This document shows, piece after piece, positions 1 to 8,873 of a stretch of 64,000 nucleotides of DNA. Where the stretch lies: NCBI GenBank assembly GCA_963739365.1, contig CAVUAG010000003.1:6887-70886 (forward strand), read 5' to 3'. The position numbers and the translations under genes were made by a program. This stretch comes from an uncultured Chloroflexia bacterium (GTDB taxonomy: Bacteria; Chloroflexota; Limnocylindria; Limnocylindrales; CSP1-4). The notes beneath the pieces were generated by a model, which was given only the letters and a program-made list of their open reading frames with translations, was not told the DNA's origin and made no database searches. Within the stretch, counting starts at the first letter, position 1, and the number at the start of each line of letters is the position of its first letter.

Positions 1-125
1 ATGGAGAACATCGAGGGTAGCGCCTCGGGCGCGGCACGGTCGCCTCTCCCGATCTCGGTGTGACGCGCCACGCCGCGCGAGCCGCGTCGCCGCGGGTCCG
101 GGCCCCGGCGCGCCGGACGCGAGGC

Positions 126-812
126 TCAGCCGACGGCTGGTGGGCAGCGCCCCTTCAGCGCCTCGACCACCTGGCGGTAGACGCCGGCATCGGTCAGCAG
201 CCCACGGTGGGTGACGCCTCGATTGGTGACGAGGCAGGCCCCGCCGTCGAGGCGCGACGACGCCACCGGCACGACCCCGTCGCTGCGGCTGGCGATCGAG
301 GTGTACCTGGTGGGGCCCTGCGTGTCGTCCCCGGAGTTCAGCTTCCGGAGGAACGCGCTGTTGGGGCACATCTGGCCCCCGTCGTCGAGCGCCAGCACGC
401 ACGTCGGCACAAGCCCGTACTGGGGCGTCCCGAGCGAGACGTAGTGGTCGATGCTGGTGGTCCCACGGAGGAACTTGACGAACCACCGGCTCGAGAGCCC
501 ACCCATGCTGTGGGCCACGATGTCGATGCGCCGCAGGTGCCGGGCGGCGACGAAGGAGCGGATCGCCCTCGCGTTGGCGATGTTGTCCTGGCCCGGCAGG
601 GCGATGGCGTACACGGTTCGACCAGCGCGGACGAGACGTGCCTGCATCGTCTTGAAGGTTGCCGGCGACGACCCCCAACCGTGGACGAGCAGGATCGGCG
701 GCGGGGCGGCGCCGGCCACCGGGTGAGCCCCACTCGACAGCATGACGACGCCGACGAGCGCGACGGCCACGATCCGCCAGGCACGGGTCGGGTGATGTCG
801 TAGGGCTCGCAT
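126..812 (-). CDS. secreted lipase/esterase, alpha/beta hydrolase (Bacillus LipA-like class)
   Basis: ORF 126..917(-); the internal Met at 812 gives a signal-like N-terminus (MRALRHHPTRAWRIVAVALVGVVMLSSGAHPVAG), then PILLVHGWGSSP and the nucleophile elbow AHSMGG. It lies 23 nt downstream of the phosphatase gene. Confidence 0.7.
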   Translation of the reverse strand: MRALRHHPTRAWRIVAVALVGVVMLSSGAHPVAGAAPPPILLVHGWGSSPATFKTMQARLVRAGRTVYAIALPGQDNIANARAIRSFVAARHLRRIDIVAHSMGGLSSRWFVKFLRGTTSIDHYVSLGTPQYGLVPTCVLALDDGGQMCPNSAFLRKLNSGDDTQGPTRYTSIASRSDGVVPVASSRLDGGACLVTNRGVTHRGLLTDAGVYRQVVEALKGRCPPAVG

Positions 813-835
813 GCCCGCATTGTCGCCGAGGACGG

Positions 836-1303
836 TCAACCCGTCCGGTGAGGAGCGATGTCGGGCACCACGTGTCGGTTGACCGGCACCGGCTCGCGGG
901 CCTCCTCGTACAGCCACCGCACGAAGGCCTCGTTCGAGAGCGCCAACGCGCCGCGGGCCGCGCGCACCCTGGCGATGGCGTCGGTGACCGGCACGCCCAT
1001 GAACATCAGGGCCCGGGCGGAGACGACGCCTGACCGGTTGAGGCCGGCCCAGCAGTGGACGAGCACACGCCTGCCCGCGGTCACCCGGTCGGCCACCGTC
1101 CGCGCCGCGTCCCGGACGCCGGTCGGGTTCTCCATCTCGCCGTCCCAGATCGGGACGTGGAGCCAGAGGCCGCCGATCTTCCGCCGGCCGCTCGGCCGTT
1201 CCTCGGTCATGGTGATGACGTCGTCGAACCGGCTCCAGTCGACCCGGCCATTGGGGAAGTCGCCCTGGAAGAGGCCCGGGACGACCTCGTCGAAGGTGAA
1301 CGA
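836..1303 (-). CDS. dual-specificity / tyrosine-type protein phosphatase (CX5R active site)
   Basis: ORF 836..1210(-) carries VLVHCWAGLNRSG, a HCX5R(S) P-loop. The frame stays open upstream through FDEVVPGLFQGDFP (a DUSP-like N-terminus) to about 1303, with no canonical start found, so the start is uncertain or frameshifted. It abuts the VWA gene stop at 1352. Confidence 0.55.
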   Translation of the reverse strand, partial: SFTFDEVVPGLFQGDFPNGRVDWSRFDDVITMTEERPSGRRKIGGLWLHVPIWDGEMENPTGVRDAARTVADRVTAGRRVLVHCWAGLNRSGVVSARALMFMGVPVTDAIARVRAARGALALSNEAFVRWLYEEAREPVPVNRHVVPDIAPHRTG

Positions 1304-1351
1304 CGAGGTCCCGAAGGACCCCGCCGCCGTCGTGCTCGGTTCGCTTCAGGG

Positions 1352-2620
1352 CTAGCGGCCCCCGCCGTTCGGGTTCTTCATGGCCGTCCCATTCTCCATG
1401 CGCGAGCGCATCTGGTAGGAGCTCCTCGCGTAGATGTCCTTGCGGTTCATCTCCATCATCGGGGCGGCGAACTCCTGGAGCTGGCGCTCGAGCTCAACGA
1501 CGATCTCGCGCAGCTCCGGGTCCCGCCCGGCGTAGCCGCGGATCCGGCGGGCGGTCGCCTCCACGACGTGGCGGGCGCCGTTGTAGTCGCCGTGGCGGTT
1601 CAGCCCGACGGCCTCCTGGCGGGCGCGGGCGGCGAAGATCCGGGCGACCGCCCGGTCGACGACGCGGTCGCGCTCCTGGTGGTCGTTGGCCCCGTTGTCG
1701 GCGTACGCCCAGCCGAGCTTCGCCTCGCCTCGGACGACCCCGTCGCGGTCGGAGAGGGTGAAGGCTGCCCCCGTCGACCGGCCCAGCTCGCCGTACGGGA
1801 AGTTGAGGCGCAGGACGACCTCGACCCGCTCGTCCGACGTGAGGTCGCCCAGGGTGACCTCGGTCCGGCCGCGGCCCTCGTGGACCGGGTAGGGGCTGAG
1901 CGACTCGACCCGGATGCCCTCGGCGGCGCCGATCTCGAGGGTCACGCCGCGGGCGACGATCTCGAGCGTCTCGCCGACCTCGCTCGTGATGTGGTCGCGG
2001 ATCGAGGCAGCGGTGGCGATGAAGTAGAAGTGGCCGCCGCCGGCGGACGCCATCGACTGGAGGAGCACCTCGTCGAAGTCCTCGCCGACCCCGAAGGTCG
2101 TCGTCGAGACGCCCCGGGCGCGCAGCTCGCCGGCGTGCCGGGCGAGCTCGTCGCGGTCGGTGATCCCCACGTTGGCGAGGCCGTCGGTGAGGAGGAGGCA
2201 GCGGTTGACGCCCTCGTCGGCGAGCGCCTCGGCGACCTGCTCGGCGCCCCGCAGCCAGCCCTCGCCGAGGTTCGTGGAGCCGCGGGCGTCGATTGCGCGG
2301 AGCCGGTCGAGCGCGGTTCGGCGCGCGTCGGGGGTGGCGAGCGTGCCGGGGACGACCACGTCGATCTGGTCGTCGTAGGTGACGATCGCGAACCGGTCGT
2401 CGTCGTGGAGGCGGGCGATCGCCTCCTCGATGGCCTGCTTGGCGAGGCGGATCTTGTCGCCGCCCATCGAGCCCGACCGGTCGAGGATGAAGGCGAGGTT
2501 GACCGGAGGTCGCACCCGCTCCGTTCGCGCGGGCGGTGCCGTGACCTCGACGAGGACGAAGCGGTTGCTCCGGTAGGTGGGGCGGATGAAGCGGCGGTCG
2601 GATCGGACGGTGAAGGTCAT
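1352..2620 (-). CDS. von Willebrand factor type A (VWA) domain protein with C-terminal beta-rich extension
   Basis: ORF 1352..2827(-); the real start is Met at 2620 (MTFTVRSDRRF...). MIDAS motif LAFILDRSGSMGG, then T and D residues of the VWA fold. GAGGAGGA Shine-Dalgarno upstream; the ATG overlaps the stop of the upstream gene (ATGA). Confidence 0.75.
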   Translation of the reverse strand: MTFTVRSDRRFIRPTYRSNRFVLVEVTAPPARTERVRPPVNLAFILDRSGSMGGDKIRLAKQAIEEAIARLHDDDRFAIVTYDDQIDVVVPGTLATPDARRTALDRLRAIDARGSTNLGEGWLRGAEQVAEALADEGVNRCLLLTDGLANVGITDRDELARHAGELRARGVSTTTFGVGEDFDEVLLQSMASAGGGHFYFIATAASIRDHITSEVGETLEIVARGVTLEIGAAEGIRVESLSPYPVHEGRGRTEVTLGDLTSDERVEVVLRLNFPYGELGRSTGAAFTLSDRDGVVRGEAKLGWAYADNGANDHQERDRVVDRAVARIFAARARQEAVGLNRHGDYNGARHVVEATARRIRGYAGRDPELREIVVELERQLQEFAAPMMEMNRKDIYARSSYQMRSRMENGTAMKNPNGGGR

Positions 2621-3240
2621 GGCTGGTCCTCCTCGAGGAGCTCTCGGGCGATCTCGATCAGGCGCTCGACCCGCTTGTGCTGCGCGGCGGCCGAGGGGTC
2701 GGCGGACGTGAAGCTCGACGTCCGGGGCGAGGAGGATGCGGTCCCACTGGGATCGGTCCGGAGCGGGGGTTGGCGCTGGCGGCTCGGCGTAGGCCGGGCT
2801 GGGCTCGGCCAGCCGGTACGCGGGCACTCGGAGGTCGACCGGCGTTTCGCGGTGGGCTGATCGGGCTCGCCGGGTGGGGCGGCCGGGCGGCTCAAGGCCG
2901 TCGCTTCGAACGAGGCGGTCGCCCTCGAGGACGGACCGGATGTAGTCGATGGCGGAGTCGGCCGGCGGTTCGCTGGCCGGTGCCTCGACCAGGGCCGCGA
3001 CCGTCGCGTCGTCGAGCGCCGCGAGGCGGGACCGGATCTCGGCGAGCGGGCAGGTGCTCGCGCTGGAGCCGCTTGATCAGGCGGAGGCGATTGAGGTGGC
3101 CGTCGGTGTAGGTGGCGCCGGGGCCGGCCTTGCCGGGCGACGGCAGGAGGCCCTGGGCGATGTAGTAGCGGATCGTCCGCGGCGTGACGCCGGCGAGATC
3201 GGACGAGGTCCTGGAGGCTGTACTCGCTCTCGGGTGGCAT
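2617..3240 (-). CDS. MerR-family transcriptional regulator (reading frame disrupted by apparent 1-nt indels)
   Basis: ATG at 3240 gives MPPESEYSLQDLV. The HTH continues in the -1 frame (SDLAGVTPRTIRYYIAQGLLPSPGKAGPGATYTDGHLNRLRLIKRLQREHLP), and the dimerisation helix in a third frame (LAEIRSRLAALDDATVAALVEAP). The C-terminus returns to frame 0 (...VERLIEIARELLEEDQP), ending in an ATGA overlap with the VWA gene. Confidence 0.5.
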   Translation of the reverse strand: MPPESEYSLQDLVRSRRRHAADDPLLHRPGPPAVARQGRPRRHLHRRPPQSPPPDQAAPARAPARSPRSGPASRRSTTRRSRPWSRHRPANRRPTPPSTTSGPSSRATASFEATALSRPAAPPGEPDQPTAKRRSTSECPRTGWPSPARPTPSRQRQPPLRTDPSGTASSSPRTSSFTSADPSAAAQHKRVERLIEIARELLEEDQP

Positions 3241-3280
3241 GACCGTATTGTGACAGTGGCACGCAATACTGTCAAGTCCT
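3241..3280 (-). promoter_or_regulatory. MerR-type promoter/operator: -35 TTGACA, 19-bp dyad spacer, leaderless start
   Basis: On the minus strand: aggacTTGACA-gtattgcgtgccactgtca-CAATAC-ggtc-ATG. A 19-nt spacer carries two nested inverted repeats (GTATTG/CAATAC and TGACAGT/ACTGTCA). The -10-like hexamer ends 4 nt before the merR ATG, which implies a leaderless transcript. Confidence 0.4.
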
Positions 3281-3411
3281 GATCGCGCTGCGCGATATCC
3301 CGCCCGGCCAGGCAGTCGGACAGCGAGCCGGATCCGGCGGCCGCCATGAGGCGCGATTGAGAGACGCTGGCCGCGGACCGGGCCAGGACGAGCTGCCGCG
3401 AGGGTCCGACG

Positions 3412-3990
3412 TCAGGCGGTGGCGTCCGGCGACCGCAGGGTCGCCGCGATCCCACGGGACCAGGCCTCGATGGCCTCCCAGTCGCGGAAGTCGCCGGCAG
3501 GGAGGAGGTTCTTGGACGCGGGCATCATCCGGACGAGCCGCTCGGACATCGCGCGGGGCGCGTCCTTCGGGTCGAACGCCCCGAGGAAGACGTGGTGGTC
3601 GCGGGGGTGGGTCGCGGCGCTGAGCTCGGCGATCTTCTTCCGGCCGCCGCTCCCGGGGCCCTCCGATGGGCCGAGAGCGTCGGCTAGGGGGTCGTCGGCG
3701 CTCTTGCTTGCCGAGGAGCCGGGCAGCGGCCCGCTGCTGAAGAGCCACAGTGGTCGTAGAGCCAGCGTGGCCTCGTTCTTCGCGATGAAGTCGACCGCCT
3801 CCTTGAGCCAGCTCCCCATGTAGACCCCGCTGCCGACCACGAACGCGTCGGCGGTCCGCACGTCCCGGACCTGGTCCGCGGCCGCGACGTCCGCCTCGAG
3901 CCCCTCGGTCCGCAGCACCTCGCCGATCCGCTCGGCGATGCCCCGGGTCCCACCGTGCCGGCTGCCGTAGACGACGAGCACCTTGGTCAT
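3412..3990 (-). CDS. flavodoxin-like fold protein
   Basis: ORF 3412..4113(-); the internal start MTKVLVVYGSRHGGTRGIAERIGEVL is a flavodoxin-type phosphate-binding loop; ...ADAFVVGSGVYMGSW. Confidence 0.6.
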   Translation of the reverse strand: MTKVLVVYGSRHGGTRGIAERIGEVLRTEGLEADVAAADQVRDVRTADAFVVGSGVYMGSWLKEAVDFIAKNEATLALRPLWLFSSGPLPGSSASKSADDPLADALGPSEGPGSGGRKKIAELSAATHPRDHHVFLGAFDPKDAPRAMSERLVRMMPASKNLLPAGDFRDWEAIEAWSRGIAATLRSPDATA

Positions 3991-4197
3991 GACTGCCCTC
4001 CTGGCCGATCCTCGGCGCCGGTCTGCCCTCCAGCACCCAGCGTCAACCGGCTGGCACATCGTAGCGGCCAGCCTTCCGGGGGAGTGGGCGCACACGGGGA
4101 GGCCGGCGTCCACCGGGGAGCCCAGGCGTCGGGGCGCGGAGACCGCAGGTCCCGCATGGGCTCCCGCGACGTCGCAGACGACGGCCCGCCAGCCCCG

Positions 4198-4910
4198 TCA
4201 GGGCGCGAGGAGGGTGACCCGGACCTGGTAGACACCGCGCCAGCGATCGAGGCCGAGCCGGAGGAGTGCGACGGCCGACAGGTCGACGACGCGGGCCTGG
4301 CGAGTTCCGACGAAGCACGCGCACGCGTCGACGACTCGCACGACGGTGCACCGGTCGCCGGCGCAGACCTCCGCTCGCGGCGCGGTCCGGCCTTGGGCGA
4401 GGTACCGGGCTCCCGGCATCGCCACGTGCGGGATCCCGGCGTAACCGCGCGTCCCGAAGTACCAGGTCGCCACACCGGCGACCGTCAGCCCGTCGCGCAG
4501 CTGGGCCCACAGCCCTGCCGGCCGCCCGGCCGCTCGAACGACGGTCCGTGGTGCTGTCGTGGCGGTGCGGGCACCTTGGCCCGCGCGGCCGTCACGGCCC
4601 GCGTGCCCGCTTCGGGCGCGGCCGGGGACAGTTCCGGCACGCGGGCCAGGGTGTCGAGCGCCCGCGCGCCGGGCGTCGCGGCGGGCAGGGCGACGTACGC
4701 CCGGGAGTCGATGGCGGCCGCGAGGGTCACGGCCGCTCGCGCGGGGAGCGGCCGTGAGGCCGGCGCCGACGCGGTGCGGTTTCGAGCGATCGCGCCGGCC
4801 GGGGCGGGCCCGGCGAGGCCAGCAGTGGCGAGCACGCCGGGGGCCGGGGTCGAGCCGGCGATGACGATGACCAGCGCGGCTGCAACGGCAGCCCGCCAGC
4901 GGTGGGTCAT
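4198..4910 (-). CDS. RlpA-like double-psi beta-barrel (DPBB) secreted protein, frameshifted
   Basis: Signal peptide from ATG at 4910 (MTHRWRAAVAAALVIVIAGS...) in one frame. The RlpA-type DPBB domain is in the ORF 4198..5073 frame: GVATWYFG...VAMPGARYL...CAGDRCTVVRVVDAC..FVGTRQARVVDLSAVALLRLG. Confidence 0.55.
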
Positions 4911-5295
4911 GGTGTACAGGGTCGGACGCCTCGTTGGGCCGCGACCCGCGCTGGGGGGCCTGCGACCGGTCTCGCGGCGGGCGGGGCGGGCCTGCCGTGC
5001 CGGGGATCTCCCGGGAGAGCCCGATCCGACCGCGAGGTCGGGGACTCCGAAGTGGCGGAATTCTAGCAGACATCCGTCAAAATCCCGCTCGCAGGGAGAA
5101 TGACGGGCACGCCTCGCCGGTCGCGGCGAGGGTCACCGGGGTCACGAGCACTCGCCCTGGACGGGGGTGCCCCGAACAGAGGTACCCTCCCTCCATGGAT
5201 CCATCCAGCGGATCGCGGTGGCCATGTCCGGGGTCATCTTCGTGGGGGACGGCGGGTCGCGGCGGCTGTCTCGACGCGGACAGGCGAGGGTCGCG

Positions 5296-5808
5296 ATGAC
5301 CGCGACGCGCGGCGCGAGCCCTGGACAGTTCCCGGCCGTGGGGGGCCGCTCGCTCCTGGGCAGCGAGGTGGCGCTGCCCGCTGAGCTCCCGGCCGATCGC
5401 ACGCTGGTGGTCGTGGCGTTCAGGCAATGGCACCAGGCCCGCGTGGATCGCTGGATCGCGCGCGCGGTGGCGGCTGGGGTTCCACCGACGACCCGGGGTG
5501 AAACGGCTCCCATCCCGGTGGCGGTCGTCGAGGTGCCTGTCCTGTCCACCCAGTGGCGGCCAGTGCGCCGCTTCATCGATGGCGGCATGACGGCGGGCAT
5601 CGGCGATCCGGACGTGCTGGCCCGGACGATCACGGTCTATACCAACGTGGCCGCCTTCCAGCGGTCGCTGGCGATCCCCGACAGCGATGACGTCCATGCG
5701 CTCGTCGTGACCCGCGACGGTGCCATCCTGGCCCGCGGCCAGGGCGATCCCGCTGACGCCTCGTGGGACGCGATCGCCGCGGAGCTGCAGGTGGGGGACG
5801 AGGGGTGA
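5296..5808 (+). CDS. hypothetical protein
   Basis: ORF 5167..5808(+) has diverse composition (W, Q, F, Y, N), unlike the Arg/Gly/His-rich antisense ORFs. Start chosen at MTATRGAS is uncertain; no family recognised. Confidence 0.35.
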   Translation: MTATRGASPGQFPAVGGRSLLGSEVALPAELPADRTLVVVAFRQWHQARVDRWIARAVAAGVPPTTRGETAPIPVAVVEVPVLSTQWRPVRRFIDGGMTAGIGDPDVLARTITVYTNVAAFQRSLAIPDSDDVHALVVTRDGAILARGQGDPADASWDAIAAELQVGDEG

Positions 5809-5861
5809 GAGCTCGCACTGGATCCCCCGCGTCACCGGAGCGAGAGGGCAGGACCACGGCA

Positions 5862-6596
5862 GTCGCGCTCCGGAAGGCGGCACTTCTCCTCATGTGCGAC
5901 TTCGACGGCACCCTCTTCGACAGCATGCCTTCGAAGGCCGAGGCGATGTTCCGGGCGTTCGTCGAACGGTATCCCGAGCTGGAGGGCGAGAGAGCCGAGA
6001 TCGTCGCGTGCTTCATGGACAACGGCGGCCGCTCGACCCTCGAGATGATCGACGCGACGGCGGCACGCGTGGGGGCGCGGCCCACGGCTGTCGAGAGGAA
6101 GGCCATGCGCGACCGGTACTGGGAGCTCGAGAAGCCGCTGGTGCGGGATGGGGCCAGGTTCTTCCCGGATACGGGGGAGCTGGCGAGGCTCGCCGACCAT
6201 GGCGTGGCGGTCGCGATCACCACGGGGACACGGCACGAGGACCTGAAGCAGCTCGTGGCCGAGGCCGACCTGGGCCACGTGTTCAGCTTCGTGGGCGGCC
6301 TCTCGACGAAGCGGGAGGAACAGGGCCGCCCATTCGCCAAGGGCCGCCCTCACCTGCAGCTCATCGCGCGGCGGCTGAAGGGCAAGGTCCCCCCGGTCTA
6401 CTTCTACGGGGACTCGATCCGGGACATCGACGTCGCGAGGGACGTGGGGGCGACGAGGGTGTTCTTCCGCCAGGGGACGCTCGGCGCGAGGGAGATCGAC
6501 GCCGAGATCGAGGAGCACCCCGACCTCGAGATCATTCGCGTCTCGAGCAGCATCCAGGTTGTCGAGAGCATCGTCGGCGAGGTGGGAGGGACGTAG
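5862..6596 (+). CDS. HAD-superfamily hydrolase (phosphatase, subfamily IA-like)
   Basis: Motif I LLLMCDFDGTLFDS (DxDGT), cap domain, motif IV YFYGDSIRDIDVARDVGA. Start at GTG 5862 or ATG 5892. Confidence 0.7.
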   Translation, partial: VALRKAALLLMCDFDGTLFDSMPSKAEAMFRAFVERYPELEGERAEIVACFMDNGGRSTLEMIDATAARVGARPTAVERKAMRDRYWELEKPLVRDGARFFPDTGELARLADHGVAVAITTGTRHEDLKQLVAEADLGHVFSFVGGLSTKREEQGRPFAKGRPHLQLIARRLKGKVPPVYFYGDSIRDIDVARDVGATRVFFRQGTLGAREIDAEIEEHPDLEIIRVSSSIQVVESIVGEVGGT

Positions 6597-6701
6597 GACC
6601 CTCGCCGAGCTCAGCCGCCCGGTCCCACGAGGTCGAGCGGCCGGTCGAGGCAATCCCGACCGCCGACCAAACCGACCGGGCACGCCGCCCGAAGTTGGGG
6701 T

Positions 6702-8821
6702 GTGGACACCATCCTCGCTCGGGTTCGCCAGGCTCCGTCGGTGCTCGACGTGATTCCGCTCGCCGGCTGCTCGCCGCCGAGGTCTCCGAGGCCGCCGACG
6801 GCAGGGGAGGGCAACCCCCATCTGGCGACGAGCTCCTGGAGGCAGCCGACGACACGTCCGACGCGCCCACGGCGATCGCAGCCATCCATGCCCTGGCCCG
6901 TGTGCCCGGCGCCGCGATCGATGACGCTCTCGCCGGCCTCCTGGCCGGAGGCGGCTGGCGCGCCCCCCATGTCGCGTGGTCGCTGGCGGATCGCGCCCCG
7001 GCCCAGCAGCTCATCGACCCGCTGGTGGCGCTGCTGGAGGACGGCAGGCTGGGTGGGATGCTGGCTCAGCAGACCCTGGCCCGCTGGGCCGCGATCGCGC
7101 CCCGAGCGATCTGGACCGCCCTCGAGCGGCACCTGGGGCGGGCCGGGGCTGCCGGCGCCCGGGGACGCCTGGTCGAGACGCTGAGCCTCGTCGCGCCGGT
7201 GGGCTCGCCCGACGTCGCGGAGCGGCTCCTCGCGCGCATCGCAGTCGACGAGGACGAGCAGCACGAGGCGCGGCTGGCCGCGATCGCCGCCCTCGGGGAT
7301 CGGCCCGGGGCGGCCGCACGAGCCCTCGTCGCACTCGTGGCCTCGGACGGCCCGCTGGCCGACGTCGCCCGCCTTGCCCTGCTCGACCATCGACTCGCGA
7401 CGGCTCCTGCGGCGGGGCCCGCAGGGGGCCTCCACGTCGCCCAGGTTCATCTCGGCGGCCAGCTCGACCGGGCGCTCGCCCACGCGGGCCAGGGCAGCAC
7501 CGGCGGGATCGCCACGCTCCTGGTCCAGCTGGGCGACGCGCTCATCGCCGATGGGCGGGTCGAAACGGTCACGACGATCGGGCGCGGTACCGCCCGCGAC
7601 GCCGCTGCGTCGCTCGGCCTCTCGGTGGACCCGCACGCGGTGCTGGCTGCGCCGCTCGGCCGCCACGAGGACGCGGCATTCTCGGGTGAGTGGCCGGCGC
7701 TCGTCGCCGCCGAGCGCGCGATCCGGCGCATCGTCGCGCGCCGGTCGCCGACGCTCCTGCACCTCCGGATGGCCGACGTCGGCAGCCTGGCCGCGTCCCG
7801 AATCGCCCGCCGCGCGGGCATGCCCACTGTCTTCACGCTGGCCCCCGACCCTCACGCCGTCATCGCCGAGATGGAGCGCTCGGGCGAGCTCCACCGTGCG
7901 TCGTTCGGCCCGGCCGACGCGGCCGGCGCGCTGTGGTTCCGGGCACGCCTCGTCCGGCATCTTGCGGAGTCCGCCCGACAGATCGTGCTGTTCCCGCGGT
8001 CCGACCTGGAAGCCCGATTGCGCGACCTGCTGCGGATCGACGTCGGCGCGGACCCGGGGCGCTACCACGTCGTGCCCGAGGGGATCGACCCGCAGCCGGT
8101 GCGCGCGGCCCGGAGCGAGATCGGCCGGCGTGCGAGCCCGGCGGTGGTCGCGGACCTGCGCGACGCGGTCGAGGCCCTGGGCGCCGACCGGCGCGGCCTG
8201 CCGCTCGTGGTCAGCGTCGGCCGGCTGGCGGATGTGAAAGGAATGGCGCGCCTCGTCGCGGCCTTCGCGGCCGAGCCCGGGCTACGGCGGCGAGCCAATC
8301 TCGTGATCGTCGGCGGGGACCTCGACAATCCCACACCCGAGGAGCGGGCCGAGATCGACCGCATCGAAGCGGTCCTGGCCCTGCATCCGGAGATGGCCGA
8401 AGCGCTCGTGATGCTGGGCCACCGGCCCCACGACGACGTCCTGCGGGTCCTGGCTGCAGCCGAGGCGGGACTCGGGCCGACGATCGGACCGGGCGGTGCA
8501 TACGCCTGCGCCAGCCGCAAGGAGGAGTTCGGGCTCGCGCTCCTCGAGGCGCTCGCGGCCGGCCTGCCGGTCGTCGCTCCCCGGACGGGCGGCCCGCCGT
8601 CGTACGTCGAGGAAGGGGTGACCGGGCGGCTGGTTGACACCCTGGACACCGCCGCCCTCGCGGCCGCGATTCATGACGCCCTGGACCTGGCCGGGCGGCC
8701 GGGCCGGGCGGAGCACGCCCGGGACCTCGTCGAGGAGCGTTTTACGATCCGATCGATGGCCGCGACTCTCGTGCCTGCCTATGCTGCGGCAAGCCGATCG
8801 TCCACCGCGGTGCCCGCATGA
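6702..8821 (+). CDS. HEAT-repeat N-terminal domain fused to GT4 glycosyltransferase (sucrose-phosphate-synthase-like GT-B)
   Basis: MDTILARVRQAPSVLDVIPLAG in one frame shifts (about 6770) into the long ORF 5720..8821 frame. PBS-lyase-type HEAT repeats (AIAAIHALARVPGAAIDDALAGLL...), then a GT-B N-domain (GLHVAQVHLGGQLDR) and the GT4 E-x7-E motif (EEFGLALLEALAAGLPVVA). Confidence 0.6.
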
Positions 8822-8873
8822 TCCTCGGGGCCGGCTACACGGGGGGTGCCCGACGCGCCATGGCGGAGCCGGG

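Noticed and set aside
1055-2860. 601-aa plus-strand ORF
   Set aside because: It is antisense to the well-supported VWA gene and Arg/Gly/Asp/His-rich with no recognisable domain: the typical high-GC shadow ORF.
3955-5103. 382-aa plus-strand ORF and similar long ORFs (5630..6340 -, 6611..8068 -, 7690..8637 +, 8835..10304 -, 11644..13236 +, 11778..13472 +, 15269..18220 +, 24839..25704 -, 27248..29377 -, 30909..33656 -, 34707..36374 -, 40563..42035 -, 45252..47294 -, 56832..59357 -, 59448..61079 -)
   Set aside because: All are antisense or out of frame relative to genes with clear family signatures, with Arg/Gly/Pro/Ala-dominated composition and no motifs.
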